Below, in pieces: positions 1 to 8,506 of a DNA stretch of 64,000 nt. The stretch spans positions 16,442-80,441 of the forward strand of contig JAPYTD010000006.1 in NCBI GenBank assembly GCA_029936315.1. Reading direction: 5' to 3'. The notes under the pieces are model-generated. The model did not search any database, had not been told where the DNA came from, and saw nothing but the letters and a program-made list of their open reading frames with translations. Position 1 is the stretch's first letter, and each line of letters opens with the position of its first letter. A program made the translations under genes and the position numbers. Source of the stretch: Planctomycetota bacterium. GTDB taxonomy: Bacteria > Planctomycetota > UBA1135 > UBA2386.

Positions 1-814
1 GTCGGTGCAGTTCTTCAACCAGCGTCGCGCAAGCACCGAGGCTCCACTCGCAGCGTCGCAGGCCGCGGCCGCGCGTATGTCCAGGTGGTCGGCGTAGGTC
101 GAGCACGACGCCGATAGTGCGCGGCAAGCGACCGCGAGTGACGCGGCGCACCAACGTTCCGAATGCTGCGCTGCGCAGCGCGTGCACGCCCCGGGCATCT
201 TCTTCGGGCAGGTACTCGCGCAGCGACTGGAACTCAGGGCCAGGCAGCATCGAGCGATCGACAGGCGCCGATTCGGCATCGGCGGCAGCGTCCAAGAAGT
301 CCGCTCGCAGGGCGACGCGCATCGGCTCGGTGATCAGGTCACACTGCGAACTGACGACCGAGCGGGTTGCGAACATGCCGAGTGGCCATTGCGACTCCAG
401 CACGAACACGCGTTCGAGCACATGGCTGCGCACGAGGCTGCGTTGGCGCAGTTCGATCTCGACCGGCTTGAACGGTTGTAAAGTCGGCAGCATGGTCGGC
501 GGCTCGCCACGCATCGATCGCGGTTCGTAGAATAGGCACGAGCGCAGGGGGCGACGGCCGTGATGTTCTACTGCGACTGTCTGGAAGTAGATGGCGCCGG
601 CGATCGTGCGCCGTGAGGCAACCCGGACATGGGTGAAGTGCAGTCGACGTTGTTTGGCGACGAAGTCGATCAGGATCGGTGCCGCCAGCATCGCAGCAGC
701 GAGGCGGGCATTATCGTCACCGCCAATCCAAGCCGCACCCGCGGCCAGACCCGCCAGCCACAGCACGATCTTGCCGCGTGGCGTTAGTTCGATCGAGCTG
801 TTCGGAGTTGCCAT
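1..814 (-). CDS. DUF58 domain protein. The 3' end runs off the window and is absent from the ORF track because no stop codon is in the window.
   Basis: My own translation from the ATG at 814 (minus strand) is open to position 1: MATPNSSIELTPRGKIVLWLAGLAAG...PGPEFQSLREYLPEEDARGVHALRSAAFGTLVRR. The EFxxxReYxxgDd.r.ihW-type motif is typical of DUF58. It starts 7 nt downstream of the MoxR stop, the classic MoxR-DUF58 arrangement. Confidence 0.75.
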   Translation of the reverse strand, partial: MATPNSSIELTPRGKIVLWLAGLAAGAAWIGGDDNARLAAAMLAAPILIDFVAKQRRLHFTHVRVASRRTIAGAIYFQTVAVEHHGRRPLRSCLFYEPRSMRGEPPTMLPTLQPFKPVEIELRQRSLVRSHVLERVFVLESQWPLGMFATRSVVSSQCDLITEPMRVALRADFLDAAADAESAPVDRSMLPGPEFQSLREYLPEEDARGVHALRSAAFGTLVRRVTRGRLPRTIGVVLDLRRPPGHTRGRGLRRCEWSLGACATLVEELHR

Positions 815-821
815 CTGCGGT

Positions 822-1760
822 CTAGTCCGGAAGCGCCGTCTCCGCGAGGATCTCGTGCAGCAGGGCATCCGCGTTGCCGCCGGAGCGCGGCGTCAGTCGG
901 TGCGCCCAAGCCGGTACCAGCAGGGCTCGAACGTCGTCTGGCACCACGAAGTCGCGTGCATGAACGTGGGCCCGCGCGCGGCAGGCACGGTGCAACGCTT
1001 GCGCGCCGCGCGTGCTGACGCCTTGCACGATATCGGACGAAGTGCGCGTGCGGTTGGCCAGTTCGACCATGAACGCAACCAGTTCGCGATCGCATCGCAC
1101 GTTGTCGATCGCTTGCTGTGCCGTGACCAGTTCTTCGCGGCTGGCAATCGGCTTCATGTTATCGGCGAGTCGGTGGCCGTCCTCACGGCCGACGACGTCG
1201 ATCTCGAATTCGGAATCGAGGTGGCCGATTTGGATACGCAACAAGAAGCGGTCGAGTTGGTTGTCCGGCAGCTGGTAGGTGCCGGCCGCGGTCAGCGGGT
1301 TCTGCGTCGCGATGACGAAGAACGGATCCTCCAATTGGTGTCGATTGCGATCGACCGTCACGCTGCGCTCCGCCATGCACTCGAGCAATGCCGATTGCGT
1401 GCGCGGCGGCGTGCGGTTGAGCTCGTCGGCCATCAGCACGGACGTAAACACAGGTCCTGGCCGAAAGGTCAGTTCGCCCGTTCGCGGGTGGTATATCTGC
1501 GCGCCGATCAGGTCACTGGGCAGCAGGTCTGCCGTGCACTGGATACGCTGGAAGGGCAGGTCTAGCGCTTTCGCCAGACTGCGGGCGAGTAGCGTCTTGC
1601 CGACGCCGGGAAGGTCTTCGATTAGCAGGTGTCCGCCGGCAAACAAGGTGATGACGGCCAATTCAATGGCGTCTTCCTTGCCGTGAACGCTCTGGCCGAC
1701 GGCCTCTATGAGTTTCTGCGCGAGTGGGGTCATTCGCTGAGTTGGGAACGCAGGCACCAT
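822..1760 (-). CDS. MoxR-family AAA+ ATPase
   Basis: 312 aa. Walker A is EDLPGVGKT and Walker B is LMADELNR. The VIATQNP..G.Y.LP.AQLDRF region is typical of the MoxR/AAA_3 family. Confidence 0.9.
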   Translation of the reverse strand: MVPAFPTQRMTPLAQKLIEAVGQSVHGKEDAIELAVITLFAGGHLLIEDLPGVGKTLLARSLAKALDLPFQRIQCTADLLPSDLIGAQIYHPRTGELTFRPGPVFTSVLMADELNRTPPRTQSALLECMAERSVTVDRNRHQLEDPFFVIATQNPLTAAGTYQLPDNQLDRFLLRIQIGHLDSEFEIDVVGREDGHRLADNMKPIASREELVTAQQAIDNVRCDRELVAFMVELANRTRTSSDIVQGVSTRGAQALHRACRARAHVHARDFVVPDDVRALLVPAWAHRLTPRSGGNADALLHEILAETALPD

Positions 1761-2102
1761 GCTAGCACCATTGCACGGAAGTTGGGCGGACGCATCGGGC
1801 TAGCCAACGGTGGGCGAACGGGTTGGGTTCGGTGATTCCGTCGCGATTAGGTGGCTACCTTCGATGGGCAGGCGCAATGCCTGCGCGGTCTGTAGTTGGC
1901 TGCCGGCTTCGTCTCGCGAGCTCTTGGCATGGGCGTCGCCAAAGGACCGCGTGGAGTTCCCCGACAAGGTTCTGGCACAACTGCCCGAGGTATCCGACTT
2001 GGATGTTCTGACCGAACTCTGCGGCTGGCACACATGGTTCGTCGCCCGCCTGCCTGCCGGGAACAAGCAGTGGCAGCATGTCATCGCTCTGCGACCGTCT
2101 CG

Positions 2103-3362
2103 TCACTGTGGCAGCCACCACTGGTCGAGTACTTCGCGCAACTTCGCGACTCGTTCGGGTGCTTGCTTAGCCAAATCGTGTTCTTCGGTCGGGTCGGCGA
2201 CAATGTCATACAGCTCCGCGTTGGCGTTCGTCGCGCTCGGCGCGATCAGCTTCCACTGGTTTCGAATCAACCACCTGTAGCGAAGGCTGCGACTGGGATT
2301 GTCGACGTCGGCTACGTCATGGCTGAAGATTTCGCCGTACACCGTTCGATCGGTAGTTGTCTCGTTTGCTGCAGCGGCAATGAGATCGTGGCCTGGCAGG
2401 TCGGTCGAGGCCTGCACCCCACATGCGCGCAAGATCGTCGGGGCAAGATCGATGGTGCTAGCCAGATGCGTACGCAGTCCTGGTGTTACATGCTCCGGCC
2501 ACGACACCATGATCGGAGTGCGCACACCACCTTCGTTGGGAGAACGCTTGCTGCGCGGGGCATACCCGCGGCGGTCGACTCGTTGAATCCAGCCGTTGTC
2601 GACAGCGAACAGCACAATGGTGTCGTCGCGCAGGCCGCGTTCTTCGAGATGATCGAGCAGTTGACCACAGGTCTCGTCGAACCACTCGCACATGGCGTAG
2701 TAGCGCGCGACATGTGGGCTTAGCCCGAGCCCTTGGTAGCGGGTCAGCAGCCGCTGGGGCGGATTGTGTGGCGTGTGCGGTAGGAACGGCGCGTACCAGA
2801 GGAAGAACGGTTGTTGGTCGCAGTCGGCGACGAAGTCGTAGATCGGCTGCATGGTCTTGCGGCCGATCTTCAAACCGTCGTCGCCGTGGCGGCCACCGCG
2901 AGTCGGGTCGCCATGCGTCATGCCGTCGGTGAAGTCCCCGCATCGGCAGTTGCCTTCCCACCACTTGCCGGTCTGCAGGCTGCGGTAGCCGCGCGTGGCA
3001 AGTAACTTGGGCAGCGTCGGAACTGCTGCGATGTGTTTCAGCATGCGATCGCGGTTGACTCCTGGCGGTGGATCATTACCAGTGATGCGGTGCTGATGCG
3101 GATAAAGCCCGGTGATCATGGTCGCGAGGCTTGGGCGGCACAGGCTCGACGGCACGTAGCCGCGCGTAAACACCGCGCTCTTTGCTGCGAGCCGATCCAG
3201 ATTTGGTGTGCGGATGACGGGATGCCCCATGAAGCCGAAGTCGCCCCACGCCTGGTCGTCCGAGATGATCAGCACGACGTTTGGCAAACGTGTGGTGAGT
3301 GGGGTGGTTCGACACCCGGCGATTGCCAGCAAGGCGGCGACCATAGCGAAGCGAGTAATCAT
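2103..3362 (-). CDS. Sulfatase-family lipoprotein (arylsulfatase-like)
   Basis: Metal-binding N-terminus NVVLIISDDQAWGDFG and sulfatase signature region SSLCRPSLATMITGLYPHQH. I chose the internal ATG at 3362, which gives the signal peptide MITRFAMVAALLAIAGC (lipobox). The track ORF extends to 3569. Confidence 0.85.
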   Translation of the reverse strand: MITRFAMVAALLAIAGCRTTPLTTRLPNVVLIISDDQAWGDFGFMGHPVIRTPNLDRLAAKSAVFTRGYVPSSLCRPSLATMITGLYPHQHRITGNDPPPGVNRDRMLKHIAAVPTLPKLLATRGYRSLQTGKWWEGNCRCGDFTDGMTHGDPTRGGRHGDDGLKIGRKTMQPIYDFVADCDQQPFFLWYAPFLPHTPHNPPQRLLTRYQGLGLSPHVARYYAMCEWFDETCGQLLDHLEERGLRDDTIVLFAVDNGWIQRVDRRGYAPRSKRSPNEGGVRTPIMVSWPEHVTPGLRTHLASTIDLAPTILRACGVQASTDLPGHDLIAAAANETTTDRTVYGEIFSHDVADVDNPSRSLRYRWLIRNQWKLIAPSATNANAELYDIVADPTEEHDLAKQAPERVAKLREVLDQWWLPQ

Positions 3363-3696
3363 GGCGGAGCATTGCAAGCGGTCGCCCTGCTGCGCGTCAA
3401 TCATTGCCGGCAAACACTGCACGCAAAAAGCACGGGGACCTCGATCGGTGATTGCTACCCACTCGGTTTCAACGGCCCGTCCGGAGCGATCTCGGACGCG
3501 CCTTGCCCGAGAATTCCTCACTCGAGTGAATACTCTGGAGCGGCGTGATTGGGAGGGGGCCACCCTCACCGCCTTGGCTGCGCTTGGGCCGCTTGCTTGG
3601 CTTCCCAGAGATCACAGCTACCAACTCGTTGGCCTTTAGTTGTGGAAGGTCCGGCAGTCCTGACTACTGCAAGTAGTCGGGTATGGTTCCAGTGCA

Positions 3697-4782
3697 ATGC
3701 CGCGCCATATCCCAAGCCTCGATGGCCTGCGTGCCATCGCCGTGATGCTGGTGCTGTGGTGCCACGTGCCCTTGACTCTGGAGGGGTACCCTTTGTGGCT
3801 CGCCGAAGCGCGTTGGTGGATCAACCCGGGCGACTTCGGCGTCGAGCTGTTCTTTGCACTGAGCGGGTTCTTGATCACTCGCATCCTGCTCGCCGAACGC
3901 GAAGCAGGCCAACAAGTACGCTGGTTTCTGCTCCGACGTCTGCTGCGGATCTTCCCGATCTACTACCTGTTGCTCCTCATCATGGCCAGTTGGCGGCCGG
4001 GTCGGGAGATCGCCTGGAACGCGCTCTACCTCAGCAACTTCACGGATGTGTTCGCGCCGACACCTGGCCTGAAGCCGCTCGGGCACACGTGGTCTTTGTG
4101 CGTCGAAGAACACTTCTACCTGATCTGGCCACTGATCGTCGGCTGCTGCGCCCCCAAGATCGCGCTGCGCATTCTCAAGTGGCTCATCATCCCAGTGGCC
4201 ATAGCTGTCGCGTTCCTCGTCTGCGCGTACGTTGAAAAACACGCTGCCGAATGGGCTGTTCAACGCCTATCACCCATCCGCTTTCTGACTCTCGCTTGTG
4301 GCGCGCTGATTGCCTACGGCGAAACCCGCCTCAACGCCTCTCCCAAACGTTTGCTCGTGATGGGCATTGCGCTGACAACCGTCGGCCTGCTCCTGCATCC
4401 GAACATCTGGTTTGTCTACGTTCCTTTCGGTTGGTTGCAGGCATCCTGGTGGCCGCTCGACATGGCGCCTGCATTCATCCGCGTGCAATCGGCCATCCTA
4501 TGCACAGGGATCCTGATGTGTTGCCTCGTAGCTCCAAGGCGCTTCGGGCTGGTCAACGGCATCCTCTCAGCAGCCCCGCTGCGCGCCATTGGACGCATCA
4601 GCTACGGCCTCTACTTGTACCACCTACCGATCTTTCAGATCCTCATTCACACCGACCAGCGGCCATCGCGTGTCTTGCTGGCGGTCGGTCTAACGTTCGC
4701 CGCTGCCACAACATCGTATTGGCTGATCGAGCGACCGATCCTGAAGTACGCCAGTCGGTTCCGTAATCGAGGGCGGTCGTAG
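3697..4782 (+). CDS. Acyltransferase family 3 (O-acyltransferase) membrane protein
   Basis: N-terminal LDGLRAIAVMLVLWCHV motif, about 10 predicted TM segments, and a C-terminal ISYGLYLYH motif. Confidence 0.8.
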   Translation: MPRHIPSLDGLRAIAVMLVLWCHVPLTLEGYPLWLAEARWWINPGDFGVELFFALSGFLITRILLAEREAGQQVRWFLLRRLLRIFPIYYLLLLIMASWRPGREIAWNALYLSNFTDVFAPTPGLKPLGHTWSLCVEEHFYLIWPLIVGCCAPKIALRILKWLIIPVAIAVAFLVCAYVEKHAAEWAVQRLSPIRFLTLACGALIAYGETRLNASPKRLLVMGIALTTVGLLLHPNIWFVYVPFGWLQASWWPLDMAPAFIRVQSAILCTGILMCCLVAPRRFGLVNGILSAAPLRAIGRISYGLYLYHLPIFQILIHTDQRPSRVLLAVGLTFAAATTSYWLIERPILKYASRFRNRGRS

Positions 4783-4956
4783 TCCTCACTGTGGATGCGC
4801 TGCTGTGCCAATCGCTGCGGTGGTCGCCGCACGCCGCTTGCGGCGTGCCACGATGCATTGCCGATCGCGAAGTTGCTGGGCGTCCCCGGGACTATCCGTC
4901 GAGTTACCGGGTTAGGTTCGCTGGTTCCGCCGCGATTTGACGGCTACGTTCGGTAT

Positions 4957-6192
4957 GTGAGCAAGCCGATCGTTGCGAAGTTCCAGGCCCGCGGGCACCT
5001 GATTGACTCCGGACTGCTGTCTGATGCGATGGAGGCGGTGCACGCCGCCGGGGCAGCCTATGAGGTGACGCATCTGGAGATCGGCCGCAAGCGGTCCGAC
5101 GACAGCGAACTGGAACTGGAGGTGACTTCGCCCGACCTGGCTTCGTTCGAGCGGCTTCGCGCTGACTTGATGTCGCTGGGGCTGAGTGAACTCGAGACCG
5201 AGGACGCCGTTTGGGGTGAGGTCGACCTCGATGGTACCGCGCCTGATGGCTTCTACTCGACCACCAATCTGGTCACGGAGATTCGCGTCAACGGCGCGTG
5301 GCTGCAGGTCACGCGGCAACGAATGGATGCGACGGTCGTCGATGACGACGGCGTGTTGATCTGCGTCAAACTGCGGGACCTGGTCAAGGGCCAGAAGGTC
5401 GTGGTTGGCTTTGCTGGTATTCGCATCACGCCGCATACGACTCGCAAGCTGCAGCAAGGCAACTTCGGCTTCATGCAGGGCGGGGTGAGCTCGGAACGGC
5501 GGCTTGCAGCACAAGTCAAAGCGGTTGCAGATGCCTGGCGTGACGTTCGCGCCGCGGGTCGCAAGGTTGTGATCGTTGCTGGTCCGGTGGTCGTGCACGT
5601 TGGTGCCGGGCCGGTGCTCGGCGCGATTCTCGAGGCGGGTTTGATCGACGGCTTGCTGAGCGGCAACGCACTTGCCGTTCATGACATTGAAGTCGCGCTC
5701 TACGGCACCAGCCTCGGCGTTGAGTTGGCGAATGGCAGGCCTGCGGTTCATGGCCACATGCACCACATGCGTGCGATCAACGTAGTTCGTCGCGCTGGCA
5801 ACATTGCCAATGCGGTTGCGCAAGGTGTGTTGACGAGTGGTGTGATGCACTCGTGTGTGCAAGCGCAGGTGCCGTTCTGTCTGGCTGGTTCGATCCGGGA
5901 CGACGGGCCGTTGCCGGACACCGAGATGGACTTGATCAAGGCACAGGCTGGCTACTCGAGCATTCTCGAAGGCGCTGGCCTTGTGGTGATTCTGAGTTCG
6001 ATGCTGCACGGCATCGGAACCGGCAACATGATCGCGGCGGATGTGAAGACGGTCTGTGTCGATATCCACCCGGCGGTCGTGAGCAAGCTCAGCGATCGTG
6101 GCTCGGCGCAGAGCCAGGGCATCGTGACGGACGTCGGGGCGTTCTTGGCCGCCCTGGCCATCGAATTGGACGTTTCCGTGCCCGCGAGCTAG
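4957..6192 (+). CDS. LOR/SDH conserved-domain protein (TIGR00300-like, ornithine-cyclodeaminase-like family)
   Basis: N-terminus KPIVAKFQARGHLIDSGLLSDAMEAV..YEVTHLEIG resembles the LOR/SDH N-terminal domain. The Gly-rich core VVIVAGPVVVHVGAGP follows. The start is uncertain: the GTG at 4957 gives about 411 aa, whereas the track ORF starts at ATG 4795. Confidence 0.6.
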   Translation: MSKPIVAKFQARGHLIDSGLLSDAMEAVHAAGAAYEVTHLEIGRKRSDDSELELEVTSPDLASFERLRADLMSLGLSELETEDAVWGEVDLDGTAPDGFYSTTNLVTEIRVNGAWLQVTRQRMDATVVDDDGVLICVKLRDLVKGQKVVVGFAGIRITPHTTRKLQQGNFGFMQGGVSSERRLAAQVKAVADAWRDVRAAGRKVVIVAGPVVVHVGAGPVLGAILEAGLIDGLLSGNALAVHDIEVALYGTSLGVELANGRPAVHGHMHHMRAINVVRRAGNIANAVAQGVLTSGVMHSCVQAQVPFCLAGSIRDDGPLPDTEMDLIKAQAGYSSILEGAGLVVILSSMLHGIGTGNMIAADVKTVCVDIHPAVVSKLSDRGSAQSQGIVTDVGAFLAALAIELDVSVPAS

Positions 6193-6284
6193 TCGGGATC
6201 GAAGCGGATAATTCTAGTCCTGGCACCGTACTATACCCTTCGGTTGGCTACGGGTTGGTTGGGTGAGTTGCCGATAGGGTCCTT

Positions 6285-7397
6285 GTGATGGGCTATTCGA
6301 TGCGTGCTTTGCTTTGCGTTGGTTTGGTGGGCGGGGTTGTTGTGGCGCAGGTGCCGGGGCAGACGGGTGGGCTGCGGCCGCTGGCGAAGAAGTTGCCCGA
6401 GGTCGTGCTTTCGGATGCCGTCAAGACGATTCCGGTTCGTGACTTTGGTCTCGGCGAGGGCGGCATTGCTCGTCGACGCGGTCGGCTTCGCTTTCATAAA
6501 GACGATGGATGTGTGACTCCGGGCGGTGTTCACGTTGCGTGTCGTGCGGTTGGGGTGAAGTTGAAGTTTCCGTCGGGGCGCGAGTTGCTCGTGGCACCGG
6601 ATGGCGCGGTGCATCTGCGTAGCGGGGAAGCCGCCGGTCCGTATCGCGCTGGGCTTGAGTTGATGCTCGGCGACGGATCGACGGTGCGCATCTCGTTGGC
6701 ACAAAGCCGAACGAAGCGCGTGCGGGATGTGTGGGTCTGCGATGGCGAGCGCTTCCTGCAGCCGTGGCGCCGCGGCAAGCCGGCCAAGAAGGACGGGGCC
6801 ACCAAGCACTGGTCGGGTATCCGTCTGGCCTGTTGCGGCGATGGCGGCGATCTGTATCGCCCAATGGCGATCGGTCCACTGTTGGTGCTCGATCGCGTTC
6901 TCGTTCCGCAGACAAGACTCGACGACACGCCGCGAGAACGCCTCGTGGTGTTGACGGATCCGATTCGCAAGTCTCTCGCGCGCATGCCACGCCAGCATCG
7001 CGAAACGGATGCGCCAGTTCGTCGCGCAGTCGCGGCGGTTGCCGCCGTTGCCGATCGTGGCGATGTGATCTTTCCTGCCGGTGCTGCGCTGCGTCGCGCC
7101 GAGCATGATCGCCTTCGTTGGTTGTTGGGCGGTGGCTTCGAACTGCAACTCGATACCAAAAAGTCGACGAAGCCGCGTCTGCAGTTGTTCGTTGGCCACA
7201 GTCCGTTGCCGATGGTCGAATGGCTGCTGGGCCCGTCAACGGCCGCCTACATGACGAATCCACGCACCGACCAGATCGGCAAGCGTTGGCACGGCAATGG
7301 CACTCGGCTGTCTGTAGTCATCCCCGAATTGCAGGTGCGCGACCATCTGTCCGAACTGCCGCAGGCGCTCAAGGTGATCCACCGGCTTGCGCGGTAG
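6285..7397 (+). CDS. Hypothetical secreted protein
   Basis: 370-aa ORF with signal peptide MRALLCVGLVGGVVVAQV and protein-like composition. The overlapping minus-strand ORFs are Arg/Ser/Pro-rich shadows. No family recognised. Confidence 0.5.
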   Translation: MMGYSMRALLCVGLVGGVVVAQVPGQTGGLRPLAKKLPEVVLSDAVKTIPVRDFGLGEGGIARRRGRLRFHKDDGCVTPGGVHVACRAVGVKLKFPSGRELLVAPDGAVHLRSGEAAGPYRAGLELMLGDGSTVRISLAQSRTKRVRDVWVCDGERFLQPWRRGKPAKKDGATKHWSGIRLACCGDGGDLYRPMAIGPLLVLDRVLVPQTRLDDTPRERLVVLTDPIRKSLARMPRQHRETDAPVRRAVAAVAAVADRGDVIFPAGAALRRAEHDRLRWLLGGGFELQLDTKKSTKPRLQLFVGHSPLPMVEWLLGPSTAAYMTNPRTDQIGKRWHGNGTRLSVVIPELQVRDHLSELPQALKVIHRLAR

Positions 7398-7412
7398 AAC
7401 CTCTGTCACGCC

Positions 7413-7429
7413 GGCAGTGTGACACTGCC
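7413..7429 (+). terminator. GC-rich hairpin 16 nt after the stop of 6285..7397
   Basis: GGCAGTG-tga-CACTGCC: a perfect 7-bp stem with a 3-nt loop, in a convergent intergenic region. There is no clear U-tract, so intrinsic-terminator function is tentative. Confidence 0.3.
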
Positions 7430-7541
7430 ATCGTTGCCCGTGGCGTTGACGTCAACGTCCCCAAACAACCCGTCCCAAATCCTCATCCGCCGCCTGGGAA
7501 TAGTCGGTTGGCAGCGTTTTGGCTTTCGCGAACCGAATCTG

Positions 7542-8504
7542 CTACTGGCGCCGGCTGTCGACGGCTTCCTTGGCACGCCGCGAACGGTGTTCGCGCAGCG
7601 CCGCGGTGACGGCTGCGTCCAACTTGTTCATGCGCAGCAACGTGTCGAGCGCAGACTTCGTATTGGTCGCACCAATCGCCAGCAGCAGCATCTTGCGATC
7701 CTGCTCACCACCGACGATGCGTAGGCGATCGGCAAGCTTGCCAGTCGCTTGTTCGCCATGCAGGGCCTTGCCGATGCGGCCAACGCAACGCGCGTAGCGC
7801 ACGTCGGTCACTGGGCCGAGCGATACAGCCAGTGCCTCGAGCAGGCCGTCGAGCCGCTGCGCCGCACACAGTTCTGCGAGGGCGATCTTGTATTCGATGT
7901 CTTCGACTTCGCCAGCTGCACGTGCGACCAGTTGGGTCCATTGTACGCTCGAGAGCTTGCCGCGAAGGTCACTACGTTCGCTGAGAAACCGTGCGATTTC
8001 GGTGCGAACTGGAGCCTTGGCGTTGATCGCCATCGTGCCGAGCGTCGCCGCCGTGATCTCGGGTGACGTGCCGCTCTCACCGTTGGCGAGCACGCGGGCG
8101 AAGCGCACGATTGGGTCCTTGTTGAGTTCTTTGCCCACCAACGGATGGCTTCCGGCCCAGCCGACCATCTTGTAGTAGGGGCCGCCGGCCGCCGGCAAAC
8201 CGATGCGGGTGGCGACCACGCTGGCGTCCTGCAGGCAGAACAGGCGCGATTGGCGCGGCGTTGGGCGCGTGTGCAGGGACAGCTTGGGCCAATCGATCAC
8301 CGTGATGGCCTTCTGGCCGGCTACGCCGCGCACGTTGTTGATGATCTGGATGCGATGCAGTGCAACTACGTCGCTGTGCGCCTTCTTGCCGACCTGGCGG
8401 CCGACAAACACAGCGTCCGCGCGCACGAGTCCTTTGCGAAGGCCTTGGCCCGATGCGATCGCCGCAAGGCCCAACACCGAAACGAGAATGGGGAAGGTGC
8501 GCAT
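7542..8504 (-). CDS. Hypothetical secreted protein, helical (HEAT-like) C-terminal half
   Basis: 320 aa with signal peptide MRTFPILVSVLGLAAIASGQG. It starts 2 nt after the stop of the upstream HExxH lipoprotein gene, so the two are likely co-transcribed. Confidence 0.55.
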   Translation of the reverse strand: MRTFPILVSVLGLAAIASGQGLRKGLVRADAVFVGRQVGKKAHSDVVALHRIQIINNVRGVAGQKAITVIDWPKLSLHTRPTPRQSRLFCLQDASVVATRIGLPAAGGPYYKMVGWAGSHPLVGKELNKDPIVRFARVLANGESGTSPEITAATLGTMAINAKAPVRTEIARFLSERSDLRGKLSSVQWTQLVARAAGEVEDIEYKIALAELCAAQRLDGLLEALAVSLGPVTDVRYARCVGRIGKALHGEQATGKLADRLRIVGGEQDRKMLLLAIGATNTKSALDTLLRMNKLDAAVTAALREHRSRRAKEAVDSRRQ

Positions 8505-8506
8505 GA

